IMG/VR virus record: IMGVR_UViG_3300047547_000066
Location: 1 to 58,846 of that record
Reading direction: 5' to 3' (one strand)
From: a virus
Taxonomy: Duplodnaviria > Caudoviricetes
Length of the DNA stretch: 58,846 nucleotides
Part shown: positions 8,186 to 17,860 of the stretch, piece after piece
Position numbering within the stretch: position 1 is the first letter of the stretch
Layout of the letters: each line of letters starts with the position of its first letter
Position numbers and translations under genes: made by a program
Notes under the pieces: generated by a model
Told to the model about the DNA's origin: nothing
The model's database searches: none
Seen by the model: the letters and a program-made list of their open reading frames with translations, nothing else

Positions 8186-8464
8186 TCAACTAAACCGAAT
8201 TTCTGACTCAATTTGAGAGTATACATAACCGGGAGTTGATGATATTTTGTCTACTATAAGTTGAATCAACTCAGCAGCAGCCATACCATCAAGAGAAAAA
8301 GAAAAGTCGAATTTCACTGTAACACAATTGTGTGCGTCATCATCCACCTGAGAATATTCATTCATGACGAATTCGTCGTAATGACTCTCAATGAATTTCT
8401 TCAGCGAGAATCCAGAATTCTTGGAAGTTTTAAATGTACCGTAGCACCTGCTCCATATTGACAT
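8186..8464 (-). CDS. Hypothetical protein
   Basis: ORF with likely start MSIWSRC and SD. Confidence 0.55.
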   Translation of the reverse strand: MSIWSRCYGTFKTSKNSGFSLKKFIESHYDEFVMNEYSQVDDDAHNCVTVKFDFSFSLDGMAAAELIQLIVDKISSTPGYVYSQIESEIRFS

Positions 8465-8554
8465 GATATAACATCCTTTGTTGATAATATCGATTGTATG
8501 GTATTTCAAACAACATGTCAAATCCTTTCAATATATATTACTTTGAAGGATTCT

Positions 8555-8836
8555 TCACGCATTGATGCCATGTGCGGCAAATACCTTGCGAACGTGCTTT
8601 TCAAGGGAGCAAGGCGCAGTATCCATGTCAACGTACCACGACCATCCCGAAATTTCCTCGATGATGGTTTCGGTCTGCTCATCCGTCAGCGGCTTATGTT
8701 GCAAAGCCTCGCGCTCTTTCGCTGCAACAAGGGTGGCGAAGCGTTCGAGTTCATGCACCATCAGCAGATGTGGTGTTTCAATCGCCTGCTTGATGTTTGC
8801 CTCCCGCGCCATTTCAATGATTTCTTCGCGGGTCAT
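8555..8836 (-). CDS. Small early protein related to the MNER/FAELI family
   Basis: MTREEIIEMAREA...LERFATLVAAKERE; GC-richer than its surroundings. Confidence 0.65.
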   Translation of the reverse strand: MTREEIIEMAREANIKQAIETPHLLMVHELERFATLVAAKEREALQHKPLTDEQTETIIEEISGWSWYVDMDTAPCSLEKHVRKVFAAHGINA

Positions 8837-9051
8837 GTTGCATCCCTTGCTGCCAGCATTGCGTCTGCATATTCATAAGCCTCTGCTGCGGCATCTCTTG
8901 GGTGTCGATTGTGTACAAGTGCTGTCAAAGCCTTCGCAGCAAAGTAGTCCCGCATGGTAATACCATCAAACTGTAGTGCAGAAGATAATTGCCCAAGTCG
9001 ATCAAATCTCGCATGAGCCGGAAAAGCTGGTTGGTTAACTATAGTGCTCAT
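8833..9051 (-). CDS. Conserved small phage protein (PAFP...GxxxRDYFAAKA...AYEYADAML type)
   Basis: Recognisable motif string common in phage hypothetical proteins. Confidence 0.75.
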   Translation of the reverse strand: MSTIVNQPAFPAHARFDRLGQLSSALQFDGITMRDYFAAKALTALVHNRHPRDAAAEAYEYADAMLAARDAT

Positions 9052-9090
9052 TTCAAACTCCTGTTGATGTCTACATTCATGATTTATCCA

Positions 9091-9288
9091 TTATACCACA
9101 TTACCAGCATCATGAAGTATCTGAGCAACGTTCTTCAGTGCAGTTGTTTTACCTTGTTGACGAGGGCAAGACAACCCAACAGTTCTGAACTCACTTAGGT
9201 AAGCTACCTTGCTCAGATACTCGAAATTGAGGGCATGAGCATCGGTTATCGTATCTAATAGACTGAATAGCATGCCCTCATTAATCAT
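9091..9288 (-). CDS. Short ORF with Walker A-like motif (possible truncated P-loop protein)
   Basis: PRQQGKTT near the C-terminus of a 65-aa ORF. Confidence 0.45.
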   Translation of the reverse strand: MINEGMLFSLLDTITDAHALNFEYLSKVAYLSEFRTVGLSCPRQQGKTTALKNVAQILHDAGNVV

Positions 9289-10088
9289 TTACCAGTGCCG
9301 CCAAACATAGTCATGCCATGAGGAATTAGAATGGTGTTGACCTTACCTTCCTTTGCAGCTTCGGCAAGCATCAGTTGAGCCTGTGCATTCATATAAGCAA
9401 TGCTCTGAGAAGAATTCTGCGCCAATGCAGCCATACGCTCGGATTCTTTCTTGGCAATCTGAACTTCGTTCTCTTTGATCTTGAGTTCATTTTGCGACCG
9501 AACATATGCGGTTGCAGCGTTCATGATGTCTGCATTGGGTGCAATGTTACGAATCTGAACCACACTAACATTGATGGCGGCATCCAGTTTTTCTTCTTTC
9601 AACTGTTGTTCTACTGTTGCTTTGATTTCAGCCTCAATCTTGGCTCGATTATCGGCGACTTCAAGTGCTTTATAACCACGTACAGCCTTGTAAGAAGCAT
9701 TGTTGACCAGTGTACTCACATAGGTATACATCAGCAACATATCACCATCTAGCTCAAGAGCATGGAAACTCTTGGATTTAGTAGTGTACAACTCTGCAAC
9801 ACTGGATGGATTGATTCCATACACCAGAGTAATATCAAAGTCTGCAAGAGCAGAATTATCGGAAGTAAGCGGAGTTTTGTTTTCCAGCCCAACCACAATG
9901 TCTTTGACAGGGAATGTCAGAACGTCACCGACGAGTGTCTGGTTCCAGCTACCAGCAGGTAGTTCATTCCCTTGAATCTGGCGAGACATATCAACACGGA
10001 CACCAACAGTACCAGACTCAATCCGAGTACAACCAACTGCTGCTACCGCAACAATACTAACCAAAGCAATTTTCAAAAATTTAATCAC
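9285..10088 (-). CDS. SPFH/band 7/prohibitin-domain membrane lipoprotein
   Basis: Signal/lipobox AVGC, TRIESGTVGV, coiled-coil C-terminus. Confidence 0.85.
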   Translation of the reverse strand: MIKFLKIALVSIVAVAAVGCTRIESGTVGVRVDMSRQIQGNELPAGSWNQTLVGDVLTFPVKDIVVGLENKTPLTSDNSALADFDITLVYGINPSSVAELYTTKSKSFHALELDGDMLLMYTYVSTLVNNASYKAVRGYKALEVADNRAKIEAEIKATVEQQLKEEKLDAAINVSVVQIRNIAPNADIMNAATAYVRSQNELKIKENEVQIAKKESERMAALAQNSSQSIAYMNAQAQLMLAEAAKEGKVNTILIPHGMTMFGGTGK

Positions 10089-10100
10089 AGTTCTAACCTT

Positions 10101-10289
10101 TCAAAACAAAAGAACAAATAAACCAATCAATCCAGAAACAACACAGCTTGTTAGCAATGTTATAGCTGACCATTTTACCACAAACTTTCGCTGCTTGGTT
10201 GATAAATCCAAGAACAGAGAACCTATCGTTATCAGTATTGTAACCAATACAACAAATAATACAACTAACTTAATCATTATTTTCCTCAA
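10101..10289 (-). CDS. Small two-TM membrane protein
   Basis: Two hydrophobic segments; adjacent to the SPFH gene. Confidence 0.6.
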   Translation of the reverse strand: MRKIMIKLVVLFVVLVTILITIGSLFLDLSTKQRKFVVKWSAITLLTSCVVSGLIGLFVLLF

Positions 10290-10728
10290 AAAGAACTTCT
10301 CGAAGTCTACTGATTGCTTCGTCCCTACCTTGAATCTGCTGTGGATGTTTTACTGCACTGTTTTCTAGTGCATCCAATGCAACACGCATTATTTTACGTA
10401 ATTTTTCGTTTTCGGCTTCAAGTTTCTCTATGCGTCGAAGTCTATCACCAGCCATCTTGTATTGCCACTCATGTGCTTCGCTTAGACGCTGTACTTCAAG
10501 TTGTTCTTTTCTCAGTTGTTGAATATGATCTTCATTCTCATCGCGTAATTGATTCCACTCATTACCACACTCATCAGCAGTTCCTAAATGTCCAAAAACA
10601 GACTTCCATTGGTTCAATTCGGAATACAATCTACGAAGTTCTGTAGCGGCTTGCTTGTCATATGCATTATGGAATTGTTCCAATGCATCAGCCAGACTAA
10701 GCGCCAGCGGTTTTACTGTATTGTTCAT
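10270..10728 (-). CDS. Coiled-coil hypothetical protein
   Basis: KPLALSLADALE...AATELRRL, N-terminal paralog of 22445..22675. Confidence 0.65.
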   Translation of the reverse strand: MNNTVKPLALSLADALEQFHNAYDKQAATELRRLYSELNQWKSVFGHLGTADECGNEWNQLRDENEDHIQQLRKEQLEVQRLSEAHEWQYKMAGDRLRRIEKLEAENEKLRKIMRVALDALENSAVKHPQQIQGRDEAISRLREVLFEENND

Positions 10729-10743
10729 ATCATTCCTATCAAA

Positions 10744-11166
10744 TCAATCGTATGTCCAACCAAGAACTCGCATCATCTTGGTCTTGACAAGAACATTTGG
10801 TGTACGCTTAGTTCTTTCAGTATGTGTGAACCCCATCATAACACCAACCTCAGCAACAGCACCACTTCTGCATAGTCCTGCATGGCAATGGACAATCACA
10901 TTTCTATTCTCATCCAATGCCTGTCTCAGAACACCAACCAACTCTGCTGCCTGTTCATCTGTTATTGCAAACTCCATCAGATTCTTATCTGGTTCAGTAT
11001 CTTCTAAGTCGAGAAACTCAAACTGATGAACCCTTGCAAACTTCTTGTTCGGAACAGGGAAGTATGAAGCAGGATCAACGATCTGAATGAGAACAGCATC
11101 TTCTCCCATATCAGAATGAGAACCAGAAAAAACAGCAGACTTGCTTACGTTTTCTATAAATGACAT
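10744..11166 (-). CDS. Dual-specificity/tyrosine phosphatase-like protein
   Basis: VIVHCHAGLCRSGA (HCx5R) active-site loop. Confidence 0.85.
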   Translation of the reverse strand: MSFIENVSKSAVFSGSHSDMGEDAVLIQIVDPASYFPVPNKKFARVHQFEFLDLEDTEPDKNLMEFAITDEQAAELVGVLRQALDENRNVIVHCHAGLCRSGAVAEVGVMMGFTHTERTKRTPNVLVKTKMMRVLGWTYD

Positions 11167-11517
11167 TTATAATCCAAGCACATCTCGTTCTTCTCGTGTC
11201 AGTTTTGCTAGTGCTGCTACTCGAATCGCATACTTACGTTTTTCCTCGCTCTGACGGTGTTCTTCATCAAATACTCTCATTTCCAAATCACCCAGAGCCT
11301 CTAACGAATCTTCAGAATATGTAGGCGAGACTCGAATATCGTTTATGTGACTTTCGTAGTCGGAAATGACAAACATGGAGTCCTTGACGGAAATATCAAA
11401 CCCCACTTTAGTAGCACGTTCCAGAACATTGATCAGCCGTACTGGGTACGCAGTACGGTCATTTTCTTCACGTGCTACATTAAGATAGACCCATTCTAGA
11501 TTCCCAATCTTATCCAT
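11167..11517 (-). CDS. Hypothetical protein
   Basis: 116-aa ORF ending ALAKLTREERDVLGL. Confidence 0.65.
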   Translation of the reverse strand: MDKIGNLEWVYLNVAREENDRTAYPVRLINVLERATKVGFDISVKDSMFVISDYESHINDIRVSPTYSEDSLEALGDLEMRVFDEEHRQSEEKRKYAIRVAALAKLTREERDVLGL

Positions 11518-11601
11518 TGTTCATTCTTTCAAAAATATAGGTGTCTTGATCGTCTACTTTCACCAACAACGACGGACGACCTGCTATACCAAGCATTGCT
11601 C

Positions 11602-11805
11602 TCATTTTGCCCTCACACAACGAAAGTTCTCTACCTTCAACCCAAGCTCACGACCAGCGTCTTCGCACATCTGCTTTGCCGATTTTGAATCAACACTGGT
11701 ATGGAACTCGCCAACAGGTCGCCAATCCATTACTTTGTTTTGATAGTAACGGTCGCCGGTCACTGCTACAGTAGTCCAAACCATCAGAATGTAAATCATT
11801 TCCAC
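11602..11805 (-). CDS. Hypothetical protein
   Basis: 67-aa ORF; C-terminus LGLKVENFRCVRAK is duplicated at ~18.2 kb. Confidence 0.6.
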   Translation of the reverse strand: MEMIYILMVWTTVAVTGDRYYQNKVMDWRPVGEFHTSVDSKSAKQMCEDAGRELGLKVENFRCVRAK

Positions 11806-11846
11806 TCCCAGTAATATTCATTTATTGGATTATACACAACAATTGT

Positions 11847-12131
11847 TCACTCGTAAAGAGGAATCGCACCATCATCAGTAGGCGAACAATCAATCCATCC
11901 GAATGGTTCTGGTTTAAAATAACCATATGGTTCACGGTTCTTCAACATTTCGGTCCATTGCTTATCTCGTTCTGCTACTATCTCTGATGCGAAGTGCCAT
12001 AGATACTCATCGGCAATAGATATCTGCTGTCCACGAATACTGTTTTTGTGCCTAGTATGTCTTATTTTAGCAACACGTTCAGCTTCGTAAAGCTGTTCTT
12101 CTGTAAGAGTTGGTGGAATTTTACTCATCAT
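11847..12131 (-). CDS. Hypothetical protein
   Basis: 94-aa ORF in the early array. Confidence 0.6.
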   Translation of the reverse strand: MMSKIPPTLTEEQLYEAERVAKIRHTRHKNSIRGQQISIADEYLWHFASEIVAERDKQWTEMLKNREPYGYFKPEPFGWIDCSPTDDGAIPLYE

Positions 12132-12340
12132 TATAAACCTTTACTCATTCCAGACTCAGGAAACCTGAACATCTGAACTAGAAATACAATCAAACAAAGA
12201 ACAGATAAAACAACGTAGTCATTGAATCCAAAGTAAAGAAAACCGAATAGAGATAACGGAAAACTCAGCATATCAATCAGACAGAACAATTTTGTTAAAT
12301 GCGTCATAATTTTTATCCAAATTAGAATGTCTAGCAATTT

Positions 12341-12547
12341 TTAGTTGTTAGAGTGTTGTCTCGTTTGAACAATTTCTTGCATCTTACAAAGCAAACCTGC
12401 ATTAAATGGGTTGCCTCCACACAAACCCCATACTTGGAGGAATTTTTCCTCAGTTAAATTAGGGTTGATTGCCAACATAAGTTCTCTGGCAATTTCTTGG
12501 TTCATGATGTCTGCAACATCAGTTTCTACATTGAAAGATTTGTTCAT
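12341..12547 (-). CDS. Hypothetical protein
   Basis: 68-aa ORF overlapping its neighbour at stop/start. Confidence 0.55.
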   Translation of the reverse strand: MNKSFNVETDVADIMNQEIARELMLAINPNLTEEKFLQVWGLCGGNPFNAGLLCKMQEIVQTRQHSNN

Positions 12548-12735
12548 CGTTTAACTCTGAAATTAACCAATTCAAGTTCAAAATACCAACAAACAGGTGG
12601 TTTCTTGCCTGATTTTTCGTATCTCTTATCCATTACATTGCAAGCCTTCAATTTTGCTTGGTCCTCGTCGATTGCTCTGACAGTGACAGTTGCTGTCTTC
12701 GAATCGACATAGCTGAATGTATATTTGTTTATCAT
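12544..12735 (-). CDS. Hypothetical protein
   Basis: 63-aa ORF, ATGA-coupled. Confidence 0.55.
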   Translation of the reverse strand: MINKYTFSYVDSKTATVTVRAIDEDQAKLKACNVMDKRYEKSGKKPPVCWYFELELVNFRVKR

Positions 12736-12998
12736 TTAATTTCAAAATGTCGTTTAAATGTTGTTTGCCAATGGTTCAACAACATAATGGATTCCGTAGG
12801 TCTTTCGCTAGGATCGAAACAATGATATGCATCATCTTCCGACTGTTCCATCAACCTACACATTTCTAGAACAATCAATTCAGCGAACTTTTCTTGATCT
12901 ACCTCGTATCCATCGAACTCGGGAGAACCATTAAATGGATTGTTACTCCAAACTTCTTTACGAGATTGTGTTAGTAGTTCTTCAATCCGTTTGTTCAT
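12732..12998 (-). CDS. MNER/FAELI paralog family protein
   Basis: MNKRIEELL...EKFAELIVLE...RHFEIK. Confidence 0.75.
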   Translation of the reverse strand: MNKRIEELLTQSRKEVWSNNPFNGSPEFDGYEVDQEKFAELIVLEMCRLMEQSEDDAYHCFDPSERPTESIMLLNHWQTTFKRHFEIK

Positions 12999-13375
12999 TC
13001 CATTCCTTTACCAATTTTAGCAGCAGCACGTACGATTGCACGGCGAATGTTTGCGTGAAAATCGTCTAGACAAGGTTCTTGTACGGAACAAATTTCCACT
13101 CCATTTGTATCGTAGACACGGACGGAAACAAGCATATTTCCATATTCTTCAAAACAGTTGGCTTGAAAAACAATATCCAACCGCAACGCCAGCCGCAACG
13201 CATCACCATCATCAGTTAGTGGATCCCAAACATATGGAACATACAACCAAGGTTCAGGTTTGCTTACATCCGCGTTTAGTAATGGCTGACCGTTTGCTGA
13301 AAAACCTCGCCATGGATAACCAGCAGCTTTAGCAGCCAGTTCAAGTAGTTCATTATCATTCATATCTTCACTCAT
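12995..13375 (-). CDS. Hypothetical protein (paralog of 18309..18698)
   Basis: ELLELAAKAAG...WDPLTDDGDALRLA...RRAIVRAAA. Confidence 0.7.
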   Translation of the reverse strand: MSEDMNDNELLELAAKAAGYPWRGFSANGQPLLNADVSKPEPWLYVPYVWDPLTDDGDALRLALRLDIVFQANCFEEYGNMLVSVRVYDTNGVEICSVQEPCLDDFHANIRRAIVRAAAKIGKGME

Positions 13376-13572
13376 TTCTTGGTCCCAATCATTTCAGCAA
13401 TTCGACGTTTAAGTTCTTGACGATACTCATTGTGCCACCCGAGTTCAAATGCAGGATTGCGCAGAGCAAACTGGTTAGCACGAGCCAAATGTTTCTGAAG
13501 TTCAGATATGCTCTTGCCTTCAAAGTGTTTGGGGTCTGTTGGACTCCAATGTTTTAGCTTAGATGTATCCAT
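13372..13572 (-). CDS. Hypothetical protein
   Basis: 66-aa ORF with AGGAG SD directly after a promoter. Confidence 0.65.
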   Translation of the reverse strand: MDTSKLKHWSPTDPKHFEGKSISELQKHLARANQFALRNPAFELGWHNEYRQELKRRIAEMIGTKK

Positions 13573-13591
13573 GTTTTGCTCCTGAGTCGGT

Positions 13592-13621
13592 ATTATAGCT
13601 GGTTTGTACTAACTATGTCAA
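13592..13621 (-). promoter_or_regulatory. sigma70-like early promoter
   Basis: TTGACA-18nt-TATAAT. Confidence 0.65.
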
Positions 13622-13726
13622 CTATTTTTAAACATGAGCAAATTTAATGCATTCGACCATACTCAACCCCAATGGAGAATACGATAAAAGAATACACCAA
13701 CAAAATCACTAAGTTGTACCACATAT

Positions 13727-13942
13727 TCAAAGCCCAAAGTATGATTTTAGCACTTTGTTATACAATGCCCTCTCATGTGGTGGAAGGTCTGTCCTACAAA
13801 CAATTGCAAACATACATTCCCGCACAATCAACTCAGCAAACTTATCAACAAAATCTTTGTTGTATTCAATGGTCACTGGATATCCATCAGGACTCTGGTG
13901 ACTTGCTATTTCAGCAAGTTCGTGTATTCGTTTATTCATCAT
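13727..13942 (-). CDS. MNER/FAELI paralog family protein
   Basis: MNKRIHELAE...DKFAELIVREC...SYFGL. Confidence 0.75.
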   Translation of the reverse strand: MMNKRIHELAEIASHQSPDGYPVTIEYNKDFVDKFAELIVRECMFAIVCRTDLPPHERALYNKVLKSYFGL

Positions 13943-14104
13943 GTTACATATCCCTGTCACCGAGACTAAACTGAAAACGTTTGTGGGTGGGACAATAATT
14001 CAACTTTCCGTGAAATCGCCATCCTAGCTTATAACCATCTCGTTGATTACCGTTCCAAACAGCATCACATCTGACGCAATGATACGGAGCATGGTGGTGC
14101 CTCA

Positions 14105-14332
14105 TTACTCGATCCTGTAAAAATGCTCTGATATCTTCTCATCAACGGAAATCAAAGGACCACCGAGTTCCAGAGGCGCGTCTCTATATTCGTCCTCAAT
14201 GATCCGTCTAGCATCTTCGATGATTCTAACAGCGAAATTCTCTATGTTTTTTACTGTATTGAGTTCGCTCAAGTTTCCATCAGTTGTGACAATAAAACAT
14301 TCGTTGATTAACTGGTTCATTCGTTCATTCAT
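14105..14332 (-). CDS. MNER/FAELI paralog family protein (divergent)
   Basis: MNERMNQLI...ENFAVRII...EHFY. Confidence 0.65.
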   Translation of the reverse strand: MNERMNQLINECFIVTTDGNLSELNTVKNIENFAVRIIEDARRIIEDEYRDAPLELGGPLISVDEKISEHFYRIE

Positions 14333-14597
14333 ATTTCAACCATCCTATAAGAGTCCATTGAGTCACGGAATACTGTTGACTCATAACATAATGATTACAC
14401 GATTCTATCAGAAATGGGTTGTTCGGATCATCAAACCGCACACCATGTTCAACACAAAATTCTCTAAATTGTTCTTCACTGTCGAATACCTTGGAAGGTT
14501 CGCTGATTCCATTCCAGACAAAGATTTTTCTCCAGCGACCAATGTCTCTGGGTGTGAATCTTAGTTTTGTTTTTGCTGCCAAAGTTTCAATAGTCAT
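14325..14597 (-). CDS. Hypothetical protein
   Basis: 90-aa ORF inserted among family members. Confidence 0.6.
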   Translation of the reverse strand: MTIETLAAKTKLRFTPRDIGRWRKIFVWNGISEPSKVFDSEEQFREFCVEHGVRFDDPNNPFLIESCNHYVMSQQYSVTQWTLIGWLKYE

Positions 14598-14600
14598 TGA

Positions 14601-14873
14601 TCACGACATCGAAAAGTATTGTTCTATTTCTTTCCCGATATCGGCTCGATAGTGATACAGAGTTCTTCCAAACCGATCTTTTTCATTCCCATCACTGAAA
14701 TGTTCTGCAATAGCAATACATTCCCTAACAATCAACTCGGCGAACTTTTTATCGTGGATTTCTCCAATTTCGTCAAGAGACAATGTTCTATTATGAACAC
14801 GGCTGAGATGTATAGCTTCAGCAATTGCAAAGGATTTAGCAAAAGCGGAGAGAACTCGAATTCGTTCATTCAT
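14601..14873 (-). CDS. MNER/FAELI paralog family protein
   Basis: MNERIRVL...KKFAELIVREC...QYF. Confidence 0.75.
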   Translation of the reverse strand: MNERIRVLSAFAKSFAIAEAIHLSRVHNRTLSLDEIGEIHDKKFAELIVRECIAIAEHFSDGNEKDRFGRTLYHYRADIGKEIEQYFSMS

Positions 14874-15138
14874 TTTTCATCTCTGCTAATTTACCAATAC
14901 TGAATTCTAATTCAACCCAACGTCGATCTAAAGAATCACTCCACGCACGGTCCCCGCTGTAGTATGCTCTTTCACTAACTTCGTCGAGTACTGCCTCAAC
15001 AATTAACTCAGCGAATTTTTCTAGGAACTTCTTTGGGATAACACCATAGATCGGTTCAGGAAGCATATCAGCACCTATAGTAGTTTTTCTGTAGTGCGTT
15101 CCAGCTTGATTAGCAAGTTCTTCAATCCGTTCATTCAT
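14866..15138 (-). CDS. MNER/FAELI paralog family protein
   Basis: MNERIEELANQA...EKFAELIVE. Confidence 0.75.
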   Translation of the reverse strand: MNERIEELANQAGTHYRKTTIGADMLPEPIYGVIPKKFLEKFAELIVEAVLDEVSERAYYSGDRAWSDSLDRRWVELEFSIGKLAEMKNE

Positions 15139-15154
15139 AAAGTTCTTTCAGTAA

Positions 15155-15367
15155 TTAACGCACAGGGGTCATGAAACCATCATCCCACTCAGAAGCCATT
15201 CCAGAGTATTTTTTGATTGCTTCTGTTTCTTCAACATTTCTAAGACACTCACGATATCCACACTCGTAGACTCGTTCCATAAGAGGTCGAAATAACTCTG
15301 CATGAGCGAACCCACCATCCTTCAAACCTTGGATTGCACTTGCAACCACGTCATCTTTGTAGTTCAT
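15155..15367 (-). CDS. Hypothetical protein
   Basis: 70-aa ORF. Confidence 0.55.
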   Translation of the reverse strand: MNYKDDVVASAIQGLKDGGFAHAELFRPLMERVYECGYRECLRNVEETEAIKKYSGMASEWDDGFMTPVR

Positions 15368-15621
15368 TGTGTTACCTTATCAACCAAATTTTCAGCAATT
15401 TCGACAGCAAACTGTCTAGCCATTTCGTCTATCTCGTCCTTCTTACCTCGTACATTATTAACAAACATCCAGAGGTCTGCATTTTTCTCGCAATGTCTGA
15501 TGAACCAATCCCATGTAAAATTAGAAGCACGGTACTTCGGATTGGTGAACATAGCAAATTCTCCTGCTACATTGGCGTAGCAGATGTTGGCAATCTGTAG
15601 TCGTTTCTTTTCGCTGATCAT
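15364..15621 (-). CDS. Hypothetical protein
   Basis: 85-aa ORF. Confidence 0.55.
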   Translation of the reverse strand: MISEKKRLQIANICYANVAGEFAMFTNPKYRASNFTWDWFIRHCEKNADLWMFVNNVRGKKDEIDEMARQFAVEIAENLVDKVTQ

Positions 15622-15627
15622 AGTATT

Positions 15628-15822
15628 TCACATTATATCAAAGGTTTCACGGATTCTGTCAGAAATTTGCTTTGGTGTTGCATCATACCAACACTCAGCA
15701 ATACAATCATGCACAACTCGTTTTGTAAATCTTTCTAGGAATACTTCAAATTCTTCGTTTGTATTCCATCGCTCGGAACCTAGACCAGATTCTACTGCAA
15801 GTTCTTTGATTCGTTCATTCAT
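15628..15822 (-). CDS. MNER/FAELI paralog family protein
   Basis: MNERIKELAVES...ERFTKRVVHDC. Confidence 0.7.
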   Translation of the reverse strand: MNERIKELAVESGLGSERWNTNEEFEVFLERFTKRVVHDCIAECWYDATPKQISDRIRETFDIM

Positions 15823-16037
15823 TTTGATCCATCCTCTGTCCAGAATTTTTTGCAATCAGGACAGGTAAATTCTGTCCAGTAGTAGTTAGACGAAGGGTCG
15901 TAGTTACCAGTATTTGCTCTATGCTTCTTTTGAACATTTGGGTGCCCACAGGAGTATTGAAGCTCTTTCAGTTGTTGGTTGTACTTTTGTAGGGCGGATT
16001 CTATTCGCTCTCGCTTTTTGGAGATTGCATTCATCAC
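15819..16037 (-). CDS. Small Cys/His zinc-binding-like protein (copy 1)
   Basis: CxHP...CPDC; near-identical to 21792..22007. Confidence 0.7.
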   Translation of the reverse strand: MMNAISKKRERIESALQKYNQQLKELQYSCGHPNVQKKHRANTGNYDPSSNYYWTEFTCPDCKKFWTEDGSK

Positions 16038-16071
16038 TTAACCCCATCTATTTCTTTGATTCGTTCGTTCA

Positions 16072-16326
16072 TCATTCAACTCCGAAATGTTTTTGAACAT
16101 TCTTTTTGGTCACATCAACAAAATGTGACATTCGTTTAGCATCATCTAAACTAACAAAAGGACTGTTCTTTGCTTGTTCAACCTGTTCCAGACATTCCCG
16201 AACAATCAGTTCAGCAAACTTCTCATCTATTAGTTCTACCCTGTCTGCTTCTTCAGGGAGATATTCGTAATCATGCTCTACCAGATTACGTGCTTGTTCA
16301 GCAAGTTCTTTGATTCGTTTGTTCAC
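16072..16326 (-). CDS. MNER/FAELI paralog family protein
   Basis: MNKRIKELAEQA...EKFAELIVREC...KHFGVE. Confidence 0.8.
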   Translation of the reverse strand: MNKRIKELAEQARNLVEHDYEYLPEEADRVELIDEKFAELIVRECLEQVEQAKNSPFVSLDDAKRMSHFVDVTKKNVQKHFGVE

Positions 16327-16492
16327 TTATTCCACCCAAAAAATGTTGATACTACTGTTGCAATTTTAGCCACGACTAGGACAGGGATTAGAAGCGGATA
16401 GTCGTACCACTTTTCTTTTCGATACTTGTATCCCATCGTGCTAAGGAAGAACCAAAAACTGATTATAGTCCAAGCAACAAGAACAATCAACA

Positions 16493-16831
16493 TCATTCAA
16501 TCTCTCCAGTGATCCAACCACAATCAGGAGTGCCACAACTTGTTCCAGACCATTCATCATTGCATTTTGGACAGTATTCAATTTCGTTATCGAACTCAAC
16601 TCCGAAATGTTCAGCAATTCTATCAACTGCTTGCTCAACATAATATACACCGTCTTCTGGTGTACTCATATAGTCTGGACTGGCAACTTTCATACATTCC
16701 TTGACAATCAACTCGGCGAACTTTTCTAAATTTTTAGCGGACATATAAACTTCTTCGGTATCTCGTGGGAAGTAATCTTGACTAGATGACTGCTTATAAA
16801 GTTCTTTAATTCGTTCGTTCATTTCATTCAC
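16493..16831 (-). CDS. MNER/FAELI paralog with C-terminal zinc-ribbon extension
   Basis: MNERIKEL...EKFAELIVKEC...EHFGVE followed by CPKC...CGTPDC. Confidence 0.75.
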   Translation of the reverse strand: MNEMNERIKELYKQSSSQDYFPRDTEEVYMSAKNLEKFAELIVKECMKVASPDYMSTPEDGVYYVEQAVDRIAEHFGVEFDNEIEYCPKCNDEWSGTSCGTPDCGWITGEIE

Positions 16832-17074
16832 CTACTTTCTCGCAAGATTTTTCAACATCATCTATATGGTCGCGGATATTCTGAAGTTCTGAACGAATTT
16901 CATTTAGTATCATCAGAAAGTCTTCAGGAGTCTTTGGATTCGACATTTGGTGATTGTTAATTTTGTCCATGGATTGCGGTAAGATTTTTTCTTACTGCCA
17001 TGCTTCCCCACAATTCCAACGCAGTGCTTCCTTTAGCAAGAACACTGCCATTATATACAACTTGTTTACTCATT

Positions 17075-17320
17075 TTAAAAAACACCAAAATGTTGTTTCA
17101 CTGCCTCTGCAAATCTCTCGCTAGGTTTATAGTTTAGATTACTAGGATCACGTTGAGACAAGCAAACCTGTACGCATTCTTTCACAATCAACTCAGCAAA
17201 CTTTTCAAATAATTCTAAGTCCTGAAATCCTACCGCTGGATGGCCGCTCGCAATGCCCATTGGACCCGGCATATATGCACCAGCCTGTTTAGCAAGTTGG
17301 TTAATTCGTTCGTTCATCAT
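17075..17320 (-). CDS. MNER/FAELI paralog family protein
   Basis: MNERINQLAKQA...EKFAELIVKEC...QHFGVF. Confidence 0.8.
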   Translation of the reverse strand: MMNERINQLAKQAGAYMPGPMGIASGHPAVGFQDLELFEKFAELIVKECVQVCLSQRDPSNLNYKPSERFAEAVKQHFGVF

Positions 17321-17594
17321 TCAACTCCATATCCTTGTAATCAACATCTTCTAGCAACTTGGCTATTGTTGATAAATTGTGTGCCCAGACACCGCCTTCT
17401 ATTGTTATCCAGTGCTCATCTAGCTCAATACTGTCACCAACAATCACTTCATATTTGATGTTATCAGCACCGGGCAACCCAGCCTCCATAAATGCAGCAA
17501 TGAATTTAGCGCATTGTTGGTTGTCGTAGAACCTGAATTGTAAATCCCAAGTGCAGATACTGGCTCTGCCGCGAATAGTTGGCCCATATGTCAT
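17301..17594 (-). CDS. Hypothetical protein
   Basis: 97-aa ORF between two family members. Confidence 0.6.
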   Translation of the reverse strand: MTYGPTIRGRASICTWDLQFRFYDNQQCAKFIAAFMEAGLPGADNIKYEVIVGDSIELDEHWITIEGGVWAHNLSTIAKLLEDVDYKDMELNDERTN

Positions 17595-17842
17595 TCTTTA
17601 ACTCCAAAATGTTTTTTCAATACGCCCTTAAACAGTTCTGTATCATTAGCAGAAATGTTATTTGATGCTTTATACCCAACTTCGTCAATCTTGGCAAGAA
17701 CTTCATTGAGCAGTAGTTCTCCAAACTTTCTTGCATTAACAACACTTTCATGATCGGGTGTGATTGCGCCTGAAGGTAATTTATCCCAACCGATTAAATC
17801 TGCCTTCTTTGCAAGTTCAAAAATTTTATCGTTAACCATCAT
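17591..17842 (-). CDS. MNER/FAELI paralog family protein
   Basis: VNDKIFELAKKA...RKFGELLLNE...KHFGVKE. Confidence 0.75.
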   Translation of the reverse strand: MMVNDKIFELAKKADLIGWDKLPSGAITPDHESVVNARKFGELLLNEVLAKIDEVGYKASNNISANDTELFKGVLKKHFGVKE

Positions 17843-17860
17843 TCAACCCCGAAGTGTTCG

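Noticed and set aside
9091-9288. Large terminase based on PRQQGKTT
   Set aside because: Only 65 aa, with no Walker B or nuclease domain following
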